Part shown: positions 36,060 to 50,000 of the stretch, in pieces
Numbering within the stretch: the first letter of the stretch is position 1
Layout of the letters: every line of letters starts with the position of its first letter
NCBI GenBank assembly: GCA_050273025.1
Contig: CP158635.1
Location: forward strand, 21,514,001 to 21,578,000
From: Cenococcum geophilum
Lineage: Eukaryota
DNA length: 64,000 nt
Direction: 5' to 3'
Program-made: the position numbers and the translations under genes
Notes under the pieces: model-generated
Database searches by the model: none
What the model was told of the DNA's origin: nothing
The model's input: the letters and a program-made list of their open reading frames with translations, nothing else

Positions 36060-39000
36060 TATCTATTATATAGTACAACTGCGGCAATATAAACCACTAT
36101 CTTATAAGGCCCTTACTAGATAGCCTAGACCTAAAGAAATACTATATCCTTACTATATAAGAGCCGTATTATAATGCCTATATATAATTAATATACTGCC
36201 TCTAAGGATTCTAACTCCTATATAAACCAAAAGCAGCTATACGCGTGTGCTTTATAATTAGTAAGGCTATTAGCCTGTCCTTATAGTTATAGCAGGCAGT
36301 TAACCTAAATATTATAGTTATAATAATATAGATATATAGGGGACTGGTATAGATTATTAACGTATATAACCTTAGGGTCGAAGGGGTACTATAAATAGAG
36401 AATATTATATCGGTAATAAGCTTACTTAGAACTAAAGGTATAGAGTTTATCCTATTAGGAGATATAAACCTCTACCACCCGTAGTAGGGGGGTATTTATA
36501 TTGCTGCTAAACGATAGGTAGAGTGCCTACTAAGAGTTATAGACACCTGGGGCCTTAAGCTAGCTACCCCCCTAGGAGCAATTATATAGCAATAAGGCAC
36601 TGCTAGAAGTATAATTAACCTTATATTTATGGACAAAGGCCTATACTAGAGACTTAAAAGGTATAACCCTAAAGAAGAATAGGTACTTGCTTTAGACTAT
36701 ATCCCTATCTAGATATAGCTAGATCTGGATATTAAGGCGCAATTAAATAGTAAAAGATATGCAATAAGAAAGCTTAAGATAGATAGCTTCTTTAATATAG
36801 TTAAATAATAACTTTAAGACCTAGAAGAAATCCACCCGATACTAAATAAGTGAGGCTTATTAGCTACTCCTAAGGAAATCAACCGAAGACTAGAAAGGAT
36901 CTAGGTAGTAATTAAAAATAGGCTAAAAGAGTACTGCCCGGTTTTAAAACCGGGCCCCTATACGCAATATATATGGTCTATATAATGCGCGGTTTTTATT
37001 ACTAGCTAATAATAAGCAAGAAGAAAATATATAAGTAGCTATAATCCTAAAGACAAGAGATAATATAAAGACATAAGAAACTAGCTAAAGAATACCCTAA
37101 AAAAGAAGTAAGGAATAGCTAGAGATGGTTTATAAATAAGTATACTACTAATTTAAGCCTCCCCTATAATAAAGGTCTTTGGAGGATAGCAAAATAAGTA
37201 AAAAGAAAGGTAGAATATCTAGTAAAAGACCTATACCTTCCGCCCCTGCGAAGACTAGGTAAATTACTAGCTATAAGTGATAATAATAAGAAGAAGGCAA
37301 AGATCCTTATAGAAAGATTTTCCCCTTAACTAGTTTTAGTAGACCTTAGCAATATTATAAGCGAAGCACTGGTAACTTGCCTAAGGGTTAATAGCGATAT
37401 AATAACCAAAGAAATGGCTAGAACTATTAGCCGCCTTTTAAATAATATAGTACTAGGACTAGATAGGATTCTAAATAAAGCCCTAAAGACCTACGGACTA
37501 CTAATAGTGCCTTAGCTTGCGGATATAGCTAAAGTATGCTTTATAATAGGCTACTACCTAAGACTTAAAAGAGCTATAATAACGTTTATCTTACGTAAAG
37601 AAGGTAAAGCAGACTACTTATTTCTAGGGAGCTACCACCCTATTGCCTTAGAGAATACCCTTAATAAGATCTTAGAAAGGGTAATAGTGAACCATATAGT
37701 AGATATAGCTAAGGAATACGCCCTACTACTATAAAGCTAAATAGGGGCAAGAAAGAACCGCTTAACACTATTAGTACTTACGCTACTTACTGCTACTATT
37801 AAATCTGCATAGGTAATGCGAAGGGACTTTATAATATTAATGCTTAGCCTAGATATTAGTAGCGCCTATAATAACGTACCCTATAAGCGTCTCCTATATA
37901 TTCTTAGGGTAAAAGGCTTCCTAGAATGGATTATATAATTTATTTAAGGGTTTATAGGTTAAAAAGAAATATTACTAGTCTTTAGCGGATACTAAAGCCC
38001 CCCTATTATAGTTGCAATAGGAATACTATAAGGATTACCCCTCTCGCCTATACTCTTCCTTTTCTTTATAAGTAACCTACTTAACTCCTTTAAGGAAGGG
38101 GCGACCTAGGGGATAGGCTTTATTAATAATATAAACCTAATTATATACGGGCTAATAGCCGTAGAGAATTGTAGAACACTAGAGAAAGCTTATAATACCT
38201 ATATAGAATAGGCAAGGCGATATAGAGTTTAATTCTTACTAGAGAAATACTAGCTAATCTATTTTATAAGAAAACGCAACTAATTTATAGATCTCTAGTA
38301 TATAATTTGCATTTAAGGCTTTAGGGGTTAACTAGTTTAGGGCTTAAGAGTATTAAGAGTATGGGTAAATAGTAAGCTCTAGTAGAGTGTATATACAGTA
38401 TAAGCGGCCCGTAAGGGCTAAGCATAGTATAGCGCATTATTTAGGATTGTTAATTTTATATAGGGTCTATACTTTTAGAGGTTACGCCTACTATATATAG
38501 TAGTTGTCCGGCCAACCATAATATATAGGTCCAGTATTTAGGCCATTGGAGAATCTAAAAAAGGCCCCCCTAAATTGCTCCTTAAACTACTTTAAAAGGT
38601 CTAAATAGCCTACCTCTAGAGTATAATAGGTGGATATAAGCGAACGGCTATAGTACTGCTTGAGAAGGAAGCTAATATCCCCCCCTATAACTATATATTA
38701 AAGCCGCTGCAATATAAAGGGTATAAAAGGAATATAACTTTAATGTTATAAAGTATATTAAGACACGCCTAAATAAACTATGGAGGGACCCTAGGGCGCC
38801 TTATAGGAGAATAAACTAATAACCCTAAAGCAGGGAAGATATATTAGAGAAATAGGTAAAGAAAGTAGAAGAAGAATAGTGCTACTTTAGGGCCTAGGCC
38901 TATATAGAGGAGGAAGGGAGATACGTAAGAGGCTAGTAAGGATAATAGTAAGAAAGAGAAAAGAGCCAAAGTAGAGTATAAAAGAATGCTAGGAAACTAT

Positions 39001-39500
39001 CTATAGTAATATAATACTGGCTAAACTAATGCTAGAGAGGCGTATGGGAGTTAAAGGTATAGAGGCTAATTAAGGCAAGAGGAACCTAAGCTGTAGTATA
39101 GTTAACGCTATAGGGGGTAAATACTTTAGGGCTCCGAGAAGGCCTAACGAAGGTAAAAAATATAATAGTAATACTCTTAAGAATAGGAATAATAGGCCTA
39201 AAAGACTGGCTCTACTAGGTAGGTATCCTAGTAGGTAGCCTAAGATATAAATGTAGCTGGCTAAAATAGACACTAAAATAGACAATATTATTATGCCCCT
39301 TACGCACTAACTAAGAAGTAATGCTTTTAGTAGCTGGTATAGAGAACTATAAGATACTGCTCTTAATATAAAAAGGCCTTAAGGCGGTTACCTAGTGGCT
39401 TATTAGCTAAAATATACTAAACTAGTTTTAGGTTATAAAGGAAATAGTAATAAAGGGCGGGGGGGTAAGTAACGGGCGCCCTCTGATAACTCTATAGTAG
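36060..39500 (+). pseudogene. LINE ORF2 (APE endonuclease + RT + C-terminal zinc knuckle), copy 1
   Basis: YNCGN ~36075, (Q)EPY ~36160, LLGD.NL.HP.WGG ~36455, SY.PIALENTL.K ~37630, LDIS.AY(D)NV ~37850, (Q)G.PLSPILF ~38030, GF.(DD) ~38115. Confidence 0.88.
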
Positions 39501-40219
39501 TAAAGTAAAGTTTGCGATACTAGCGCGTCCGTAGGCTTATTATAGCAGCAGTGATTCCTAAGGAGATTAAAAAGTAAGGTAGTAGGAGTACTATAGGTAA
39601 CTTATAGGCACCTCATAGGCGCTTTATAGGCGAGTCTTAAAAGGCAGGGAGATGGATTATAGGGTTTTCTTAAATAGAGTTTTCTCCCTATATATATATA
39701 AGGAGTAGTCCGCGTAGGCTTAATAGGGATCTAAATCGGACGTTAAGTAATAAATTATTATTATTATATGCTATAAAGTAGCCCTATTTAGTTAACTTAT
39801 TTACTATTACTAGAATTATATTATAATCCTATTTAGTAATAGGGTTTTTTAACCTTAGCAACTTTATAATAAAGTTTTATAATATTACCTTCTATAGTCT
39901 TTCTAGTATCTTAATAGGCTGTAAATTTCTGTATAGCTTATACCTTATTAATAATAATAATAATTCATTGCTTAACGTCCGATTTGGATCCCTACTGGGC
40001 CCACGCGGACTACTCCTTATTTACATATAGGGAGAAAACTCTATTTAAGAAAAATGAGAAAACCCCGTGATCCATCTCCCCGCCTTTTAGGACTCGCCTG
40101 TTTTTAGCGCCTACGAGTCGCCTATGGTGCTCTACTACCTTACTGTTTAACCTCCTTAGGAACCACTGCTGCCGTAACAAGCCTACGGACGCGCTAGTAT
40201 TACAAACTTTTACTCTACT

Positions 40220-43200
40220 ACTATAGAGTTACTAGGGGGCACCTGCTACTTACCCCCTTGCCTTCTATTACCATTTCCCTTACAACCTAGAACTAATTTA
40301 GCACATTTTAACTAATAAGCCACTGGGTGACCGCCTTAAGGCCTTTTTATATTAAGAGCAGTGTATTATAGTTCTCTATACCAGCTACTAAGAGCATTAT
40401 TTCTTAATTGGTGCGTAGGGGGCATAGCAGTATTACGTATTTTAGTGTCTGTCTTAGCCAGCCACATTCACATCTCGGGCTACCTACTGGGACACCCACC
40501 CAGTAAAGCCAATCTTTTAGTCCTATTATTCCTGTTCTTAAAAGTGTTGCTATTATATTTTCTGCCTTTATTAGGCCTTCTCGGAGCCCTTAAGTATTTA
40601 CCCCCTATGGCGTTAACTATGCTATGGCTTGGGTTTGTCTTGCCTGAGTCAGCCTCTATACCTTTGACTCCCATTTACCTCTCTAGCGTTAGTCCAACCA
40701 GTATTACATTGCGGTAGATGGTTTCCTAGCGTTCTTGCGTGTTCTACTTTAGCTCCTTTCTCTGTCTTACTATTATCTTTACTAACCTCTTACGCGTCTC
40801 CCTTCCTCCTCTATATAGGCCTGGGCCCTAAAGCGGCACTATTTTTCTTCTGCTTTCTTTACCTGTTTCTCTAATATCTCTTCCCTACTTTAGGGTTATT
40901 AGTTTATTCTCCTACGGGGCACCCTAGGGTCCCTCTATAGTTTACTTAGGCGTATCTTAATATACTTTATAACATTAGAGTTGCGTTTATTTTACGTTCT
41001 TTATATTACAGCGGCTTTAATATATAACTATAGGGGGGGAATATTGGATTCCTTCTTAAGCAGTACTATGGCCGTTCGCTTATACCCGCCTATAATACTC
41101 CAAAGGCAGGCTATTTAGACCTTTTAAAGTGGTTTAAGGAGTAATTTTAGGGGGCCCTTCTCAGTTTCTTTAATGGCCCAGATACTGGATCTATATATTA
41201 TAGTTAGCCGGACAACTGCTGTATATAGTAGGCGTGACCTCTAGAAGCATAGACCCTATATAGAATTAACAATCCTAGATAAAGTAATAAACTATACTTG
41301 GCCTTTATGGGCCACTTACACCGCATATACGCTCCACCAGAGCTTACTATCTACCTATACTCCTAATACCCTTAGGCCCTAAACTGGTTAACCCCTAAAG
41401 CCTTAGATGCGAATTGTATGCTAGAGATCTGTAGATTAATTGCGTTTTCTTATAAAATGGATTAGCTGGTATTTCTCTAGTAAAAATTGGACTCTATAAC
41501 GTTTTACCCACTCTATATAAGTGTTATAGGCTTTCTCTAGTGTTCTATAGTTCTCTACGGCTGTTGGCCCGTATATAATTAGGTTTGTATCATTAACAAA
41601 GCCTATTCCCTAGGTCGCCCCTTCCTTAAAGGAGTTAAGTAGGTTACTTATAAAGAAAAAGAAGAGTATAGGTAAGAGGGGTAATCCTTATAGTATTTCT
41701 GTTATAACTATAATAGGGGGGCTCTAGTATCCGCTAAAGACTAGTAATATTTCTTTCTGGCCTGTAAACCCTTAAATAAATTATATAATCTATTCTAGGA
41801 AGCCCTTTGCCCTAAGGATATATAGGAGACGCTTATAAAGTACATTATCGTAGGCACTACTAATGTCTAGGCTAAGCATTAATACTACAAAGTCCTTTCG
41901 CATCGCCTATGTAGATTTAATGGTGGCAGCAAGTAGCATAAGTGCTAATAGTATTAAGCGGTTCTTTCTTGCCCCTATTTAGCTTTGTAGTAGTAGGGCA
42001 TATTCCTCTACTATATTTACTATATGTTCCGCTATTACCCTTTCTAAGATCTTACTAAGGGTGTTTTCTAAGGCAATAGGGCGGTAGCTTCCTGGGATTA
42101 AGTAATCTGCTTTACCTTCTTTTTATAGGACAACTATTATCATAGATCTTCTAAGTCACGGGTAGTAGCCTATAGCAAAGCATGCTTTAGCTATATCTGC
42201 AAGCCAAGGTACTATAAGTGGCCTATAGGTTTTTAGGGCCTTATTTAGAATCCCATCTAGTCCTAGTACTATATTATTTAAAAGGCGGCTAATAGTTCTA
42301 GCCATTTCCTCTATTATTATGTCGCTGTTAACCCATAGGCGAGTCACCGGTGTTTTGCCTATAATATTACTAAGGTCTACTAAAGCTAGTTAGGGGAAGA
42401 ACCTTTTTATAAGGATCTTTGCCTTCTTATTATTATTATTTATGGCCTATAATTCTCCTACTCTTTATAGGGGTAGTAGGTATAAGTCTTCTACTAGGCG
42501 CCCTGCCTTTTTCTTTACCCATTTTGCTATATCCTAAAGGCCCTTATTATGGGGGAGGCTCGGGTTAGAAGTATACTCGTTTATAAACCGTCTCCAGTTA
42601 TTCCTTGCTTCTTTTTTTAGGGTATTCTTTAGCTGGTTTCTTATATCTTTATATTGTCTCTTATCTTTAGGGTCGTGACTACTTATATATTTCCTTCTTG
42701 CTTATTATTAGCTGGTAACTAGAACTGCGCATTATATAGACCATGCGTATTGCGCGTAGGGGCCCGGTTTTAAGATCGGGTAGTACTCTTCTAGCCTATT
42801 TTTAATTGCTGCCTAGATCCTTTCTAGTCTTCGGTCGATTTCCTTAGGGGTAGTTAATAGGCCTCGCTCGTTTAGTATTAGGTGGATTTCTTCTAGGTCT
42901 TAAAGTTGTTGTTTAACTATATTAAAGAAACTGTCTATCTTAAGCTTCCTTATTGCGTATCTTTTTCTATTTAGTTACGCTTTAGTATCTAAGTCTAGCT
43001 ATATCTAGATAGGGATATAGTCTAGGGTAAATGCCTATTCTTCTTTAGGGTTACACCTTTTAAGTCTCTAGTATAGGCCTTCGTCTATAAATATAAGGTC
43101 AATTATACTTCTAGCAGTGCCTTATTGCCATATAATTGCTCCTAGGGGGGTAGCTAGCTTAAGGCCCCAGATATCCATAGCTCTTAGTAGGCACTCTAAC

Positions 43201-43660
43201 TATTAGTCTACAGCAACATAGATACCTCCCCACCGCGGGTAGTAGAGGTTTATATCTCCTAATAGGATAAACTCTATACCTTTAGTTTCTAGTAAGCTTA
43301 TTACCAATATAATATTCTCTGTTTATGGGACCCCTTTAACCCTAGGGTTATACACATTAATAATTTGTACCGGTCCCCTATATATTCGGATTATTATAAC
43401 TATAATGTCTAGGTTAACTGCCTGCTATAACCATAAGGATAGGCTAATAGCCTTACTAATTATAAAGCACATACGTGTGGCTGCTTTTGGTTCGTATAGG
43501 AGCTGAAATCCTCGGGGGCAGTATATTAATTATATAAAGGTATTATAATACGGCTCTTATATAGCAAGGATATAGTATTTCTCTAAGTCTAGACTGTCTA
43601 GTAGGGGCCTTATAAGGCGGTGGTTTATATTGCCGCAGTTATACTGTATAATAGATAGGT
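40220..43660 (-). pseudogene. LINE ORF2 (endonuclease/RT), copy 2
   Basis: ORF 42156-42347 carries the A.G.DGI.N..LK RT motif; RCECGW..QT..(H) knuckle ~40440-40480. Confidence 0.88.
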
Positions 43661-43679
43661 GGCGGACCCCCAGCAAGGG

Positions 43680-45413
43680 TCCTTCGACTCTCCTTCATTC
43701 CTCGCTTCTTCTATTTCTACTTTCTCTAGGATATTCGGAGCTTCTATCTCTTATATCTACACCCTAGTTACTACTTATTTTATATAGAGCTTTCCATTCC
43801 CGTGTCTTATGTTCCTGTTAGCGCTTCTATATCTAAATCTATTATTATTACTAGTTCTTCCCCTATTCTTACTAGTCGGCTATATACCCTTTATAGGTCG
43901 GCTGCGAATATTATATTTGCCGCATTAAGTCTAATTCTTAATTATCCTGGTCTTAAGCCTACTATTACTATCCATAGGGGTCTTCCTACGGGGCGTCCTC
44001 TCCCTTATGTCCCCTGTGACCCTTATGTCCCTAATTAGTCTAGTGATATCGCGCGGCGTCGCTTCTAGCCCGTTAAGGCTTGGGATAGCTAGCCTAGCCC
44101 TCTAGTATTAAAGGTAGGAAACGCTAGGAAAGCACCTGCGTCCCCCTAGCTTATCGCCTATTATTTCCATTTGTATAACCTAGCGTGTAGTTATTCCCGT
44201 AGCTATTAAGCCCTTACCTTCCGTCTCCTATATTTAATGCAGTCTTCTCTCTCTTACGCCTTATATATGCTTCGGTGGCAGTTCGCGTATTTTATTTAGT
44301 CTTAATTTAAGCAATATCTTATATCGTGGGGGCCTATACAGTGGCCGCAGCACACCTATACTGCGCATATAGATTAGGTGTGTCCCCATTATACACAGCG
44401 ATAGTATTGTTCTAGGTGTAGTCTATAGTTATAAAGCCTTATGTTATATATAAGGCCATTTATAATTATTCCTTTTTAGATAAGGAGTTTTTGCATTCCT
44501 AGTGTATATATACTAATAATAAGGGAGCTATACGTTCGTCCGGCGTCTCCCTAGCAAGTCTTTAGCGACCCTTATATCCTCTTATTGTTCTTATTATATA
44601 CTTAGTTTACATTTTCCTATTAAAGCTATTAGATTTAGGTGATTTCAAGTCCTAGTATAAGGCGTTCCGTTTATCTTACTATCTCCTATATAATTACTGT
44701 ATTGTCCACCTAGTGTCCCTTTTCTACCCTAAGGCTTATAGGAACCGCTAGGACTTTAACTAGGTAATCCTCGCGGAGTACTTTTATGCCAATACGTTCT
44801 CCTAGCCTATCCCCTACCCTTACGGCTCGTTCCTTTACCTATTGGTCCTTTAGGGTAACTCTAATATCTCCGCTCTTAAGGTATCAGACTATAACAGCGT
44901 TATAGACCTCTTTACGTATCTCTATAAGGACTTCTATTTCTAATTATCCCCTAAGCCCCTCTACTTGTTCTATATTTAGTTATATTATAATTATATACCC
45001 GGTTATTAACTTAAGGGGGGTGGGTTCCTTATACTGTAAAAGCGCAGCTACGGCGGCCTAGGTACGGTTCACCGGTAAGGGGGGATTATACTTATTTTTA
45101 ATTTTGCTTAGCCGTTGGAGGATTTAATTAAGGGTTTACTGGAGGGGCGCCTAAGGTTCACTAGACTGGCGGAGCCATTCTGCTAGCTATATTAGTTCGT
45201 TATAGCTAACGGTTACTCCCCTGCAATTCTAGATACTAAACGCGTCCAATAGGCTTTATATTTTATTAGATGCCTTTTTAATAGAGGTATTTCCGCTTTA
45301 TAGTGTGGTATTCGCCCGTCTTTATTATAGAGGGCCATTGCTAGGCGTAGTTCTAGCGGTCGCGCGCAAGTGCGAGCCACCGTCGTTCGACGTGTGCCTC
45401 CCCTGCGATGCAT
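43680..45413 (-). pseudogene. LINE ORF1, copy 2 (ends approximate)
   Basis: Homologous to 20905-22421; Cys/His knuckles ~44240-44410. Confidence 0.72.
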
Positions 45414-47083
45414 GCATCTTAGGGGGATTCTCTGGGTGTTTTTCAGGGTTCTTTTGGTTGGTTTTGGTCTTTTTGGGCCGGGTGCAGCAAGAGCTCCTAT
45501 TAGGTATGGCTTATACCTTATTAGTTTATTCCTTTAGCAATCTAAATATTCCTTTATTACTTTTTTTGCTAAGCTCTAAATTCCTTAAATAATAGACTCC
45601 TTTTAGAGTCTTAACACTAAGCCTATAGCTCTATTATATCCCTATATTATTCCCTAATAGAATTCCTTAACAAATTCTTTTACGATACTTCTTAGTATAT
45701 ATATCGTTTCTCTATTCTTATACTACTCTAAGTTTAAATCCTTATTCTATACTTTTTAGATCTTTTTCGCCTATTTACTTTCTGGTAACTTATATTCCTA
45801 AGTTAATATAATTTTTAGATAATTATATTTTATTAATCCGTTTTTGTCTTTTTATAATATAGCCCCTAATAGATTTTCGTTATTCTATAGTTTAGCTTTT
45901 TTACTTAGCGTGTTAGCTCTCGCATTTTCTATACCTTTAATATATTAAATCTTAAAATAGTATTCTCTAAGTATTTCTACCTATTTAACTTATCTTTAAT
46001 TAAGTTCTTTTATTATTAGAAACCCTACTAGGTTCTTATCATCCGTTTTAACTATAAATAGTTTTTTTATACCTTATAAAATGCTCTCTATTCCCTAAAT
46101 ACTATAACTATACTTAATAATTCCTTATTGTAGATGTTATAGTTTAATTCTAGTGGCGTTATATTTTAACTATAGTATGCTATCCGATGCTATTTATTCC
46201 TATACTTTAATAGTAAGTATACCCCTAGTATATAGTTTAATGCATCCGTTTCTATAACCATTTTTAGTCTTAGTTAATAGATCTTAAATATTAGCTCTTA
46301 GGTAAATAACTCTTTAAGTTTCTAAAATGTTTTTTTACTCGCTTTTCTATGTCTATAGTTCCTCTTTCTTTATAAGCCTTATAAATAGTTTAAATTTTTT
46401 TAACTATTATGCTATAAACCTCCTATAGTAGTTGCAACCCCCTAAAAATAACCTTAACTATATTACATTATCTACTTCTTACTAAATTACTATAGCTTTA
46501 ATCTTTTTTGGGTCTATACTAATATAACCTAGCTTAATAATATATCCTATAAGATTAGTTTTTCTTATATAAAAAAACTAGCATTTTTTAATTACTACTA
46601 ATATCTGCTTCTTTTATAGTATTTTTAAGACCTATTTAACGTGCTCTTTATATTTTCCCTTAGTTATTAAGTAGATAATAATATTGTTAAGGTATACTAT
46701 AATAGACTTATTAAGGTGTTCTTCTAATATACTATTAATTGGTTTCTAGAACGTTGCTAATATATTTATAAGTCCAAATTGTATAACTAATAGTTTATAT
46801 AGTTCTTCCTTTAACTAAAGACTGCCTTTTATTTATTACCTTCCTTAATTCTAATTTAATAGTATACCTATCTTAGATCTATCTTTATAAAGATTTACGT
46901 ATTACCTATTCTATCTTAGATTTTGCTAATTAAGGGTAAAGGATATCTATCCTTTTAAGTAATGCTATTTAACTATTTATAGTTAATACATAACCTAAAA
47001 AAATTCTTTGGTATAAATAGTACTGGATAACCTATAGATGATTGCAATAGTCTAATATATCCCTTTTATAGGTTTTCCTAGAC

Positions 47084-50000
47084 TATTAGTCACATAGGGT
47101 GACTCACTAATAACGACTACTCGAGTAGGGTTACAGTGATGTTGGTTAATAAAGCTTTTTGATTAGAATAAGGAAGGGCGAGGAACTTAAAGCTCCTCGC
47201 CACGCTAGTGCCGCGGCGACACGTGATAGTAACTTGCTATCACGTAACGGCAGTTTGCCGTATGTGACGGTAACTTGCCTTATTTCCAACACTAGCAACT
47301 CTTCTTTTATAGTTACTATCTATATATAAATATTGCTTAATAATTATAATAAATATAAATCCTTCTTACTTACTATTGCTATTATAATATAAGTCTCGCT
47401 ATCCTAAAATTTGCCTCTTAGTATATAGTGCTTTCTTACTTAGGAGTTATGGGTAGATATTATATTAGGGCCGCCAAGGCGCTAGTAGTAAGCGAGCTAA
47501 TAGCGATTTTCTATCCCGGGGATAGAAAATCCTAATTAGCTAGTTTAAGTCAGGGTCTATAGAATATTATGCTCCCCCCTCTAAAAAGAAGTCTTAGTGA
47601 GAGAATCTAACTAATTAAATAACTTTGACCGCTAGTTAAAGTTCCTAGATATCTTAAGACCTTACGTAACTAAGAAATTTCTAGGGACTCCCTTTTAACC
47701 TAACCTTTAACTTATATATATAAAGTATTCGTATTAACAAACGTCTCTAATGCCTTGTTTGGGTTCGCCTTCATTATTATATCTACTAGGTTATCTTAGC
47801 TATTAATCTATTAAATCTTAAAGAGTTTTTAACGCTTATAGGATTGCTAAAGTACTATAATATCAATTATAAGGCGCTTTTTCTTTATAGTACTAAGCTT
47901 AACTAAACACTTATAGAGGGAATATAAGTCGGTGTATATAATTATAGGGATAACAGGAAGTTTAAGTTAATCTATAATTATCTTTAGGGTAGTTCTAATT
48001 GCAATTACTATATTAACTCCGCCAACTATTCTATATATCTCTAACGCTAGAACGCTTTAAGTAACGCGTTTACTCTTAGTTAAGCTCTAATAAATAAGAT
48101 TACCGTAGATTATAAAGTTATTCTCTCTAGTAGATTCGTTTGCGATGATAATCTTATATCTTAGCTAGAAGCTAAAATCTTTATTATTTATAAACAATCT
48201 ATTAACAAATATAAAGAGCTAGCGGTAGGAAGATTAATAGGCACGTAGAGTAGTCCCTAATTAAGATGGTTTATTTACCAGAAAAGACGCTTATTTAGGG
48301 TAAAAACGTTATCCTTAGTTAGTTCTTGGTATTAAGCGGCAATAGAGAGATTAAATAAAGCCTTAGGTTAATAGATAGAAGTAATATAAGCTCCATAAGC
48401 GCGTTACTCTACATATCCTTACTTTAGAGAATTAATATTAATAACGTCGATCTTCTTACCTTAACCCTTCTAGCATAAAGCAATAGAATCCTCGTTTAGG
48501 GAGAGGATACATCTATTAAAGAATAATAGTGTTGTTAAATTAAGCTTTTCCTTTAGCTTTGCTATAAGATTTGCCTTTACTAGCTCGTCTTCTTTAAGAG
48601 CTAAGAACTAGTCGTCTCCTAAAATAATTATATTATTAGTTTATATACCAATAATTCCAAATAGAGTTCCTGTAGTTATAATAAGGAAATAGGGGTTAAA
48701 TATAGAAGTAGTTATTAAAAGCTTCTCTTTATAGTGCTTGCTATAGGTAGCCTACTAGTGAGTTCCTGCCTCTGCAATTCTATATAATGGCTTAAGTATA
48801 ACTATAATCGTATCTTTAAGATACTAGTAGCGAATTTACTCTAAAAAGTATGCCAATATTAAGCGCTAAAGGTGCGTCTCTAATTAGGTATAGGCTTAAG
48901 TAATATCTCGCAAATAAACTGCTATTCTATTCTTTATTAAGGAGGGAGCTAATATAATAATAACTTGGTAACTAGCTCGTTAAATTATAGGAGATTATAT
49001 AAGAATTATTTCTTTACTATTATTGTTGTAACCTTAGATAATAAGCCTTAATTTCTTAAATAAGGCGTCAGTAGCTTTACCCTTAATCTTATTAACTATT
49101 CTTAACTTAAAGATGCGAACTTTATTAAACTTAGTAGGGTTATACTTCTTAAATTTAAAGACTCCTCTTGTAATAAGGCCATCGATCTCCTGCTTATTAG
49201 ATGCTTAAAAAGGAGCTCCTAAAGTTATAATACGACCTTCCTTTTAGAGCTGTTTTGTAAGTTTAAAGTTAGCCTTCTTCTTAGCTATTATAAAGGCCAT
49301 TAACAGCTCAACTCTATTCTTAATAGCGGCAATAAATTGCTCTTTAAAATTAATAAGATATTAGCGATTTTATAATCCCTTCGGGCGACCTCTACCTTGT
49401 CGTAGTTGTGGTATATCTACTACAATTATATTAGAATTGTGGCTCTCCTTTAGGGCATTTTCTATAGCATCTTATAAAGGCTTGGAGCTGCTATCCTTAT
49501 AATAAGGCTTAATAACAGTTAAACGGAATTAAGTGGGTCTATAAGGCATCTAAATAGTATAAGTCTAACTATTAATTATAATGAGTTAATATAGGCCTAA
49601 CTATTCTCCCTTTTTATGCTATACGCGTACCTTAGACTAGAGTAGTAGATTAAGCGTAGTTAAGGTATTTAGGCCATTTCTTATTCCTAGTACGTCGTTG
49701 ACCTAGTATATAGCGTAGAGACGTTATACCTCCTTTGTTGCCTTGCGAATAGCCTTAGCTTATTATATAATAGAGGGAGATAGTAAAGAATTGTTAGTTA
49801 TTTAAGGGTAGGCGCTAAAGACCAGTAACATAGGTACGAGTCCATCTAGGCTAGCGGAATTGTTAATAGCTTTAACAGCCATTTATAAGGTAAGTTCTTT
49901 ACTAGCGTCCTCTAATTCTAAAGAGATAATCTTATATACGCGGCGTAATAGCATATAATATTGCTCCACTTTTCTAATACTATTATATACCTTAATAGGG

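Larger units (their letters stand above)
20780..39764 (+). mobile_element. Tad1-like LINE, copy 1, interrupted by G2 and by the TIR element at 30513-35950
   Basis: 14-bp TSD TATATGCTATAAAG at 20766-20779 and 39765-39778; (TTA)n tail; pieces 20780-22421, 30373-30512, 35951-39764 are collinear with LINE copy 2. Confidence 0.92.
39951..45503 (-). mobile_element. Tad1-like LINE, copy 2, apparently full length and uninterrupted
   Basis: Reverse complement of copy 1; (TAA)n tail at 39951-39965; ~20-bp TSD GTAT(A/G)GCTTATACCTTATTA at 39931-39950 and 45504-45523. Confidence 0.94.
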
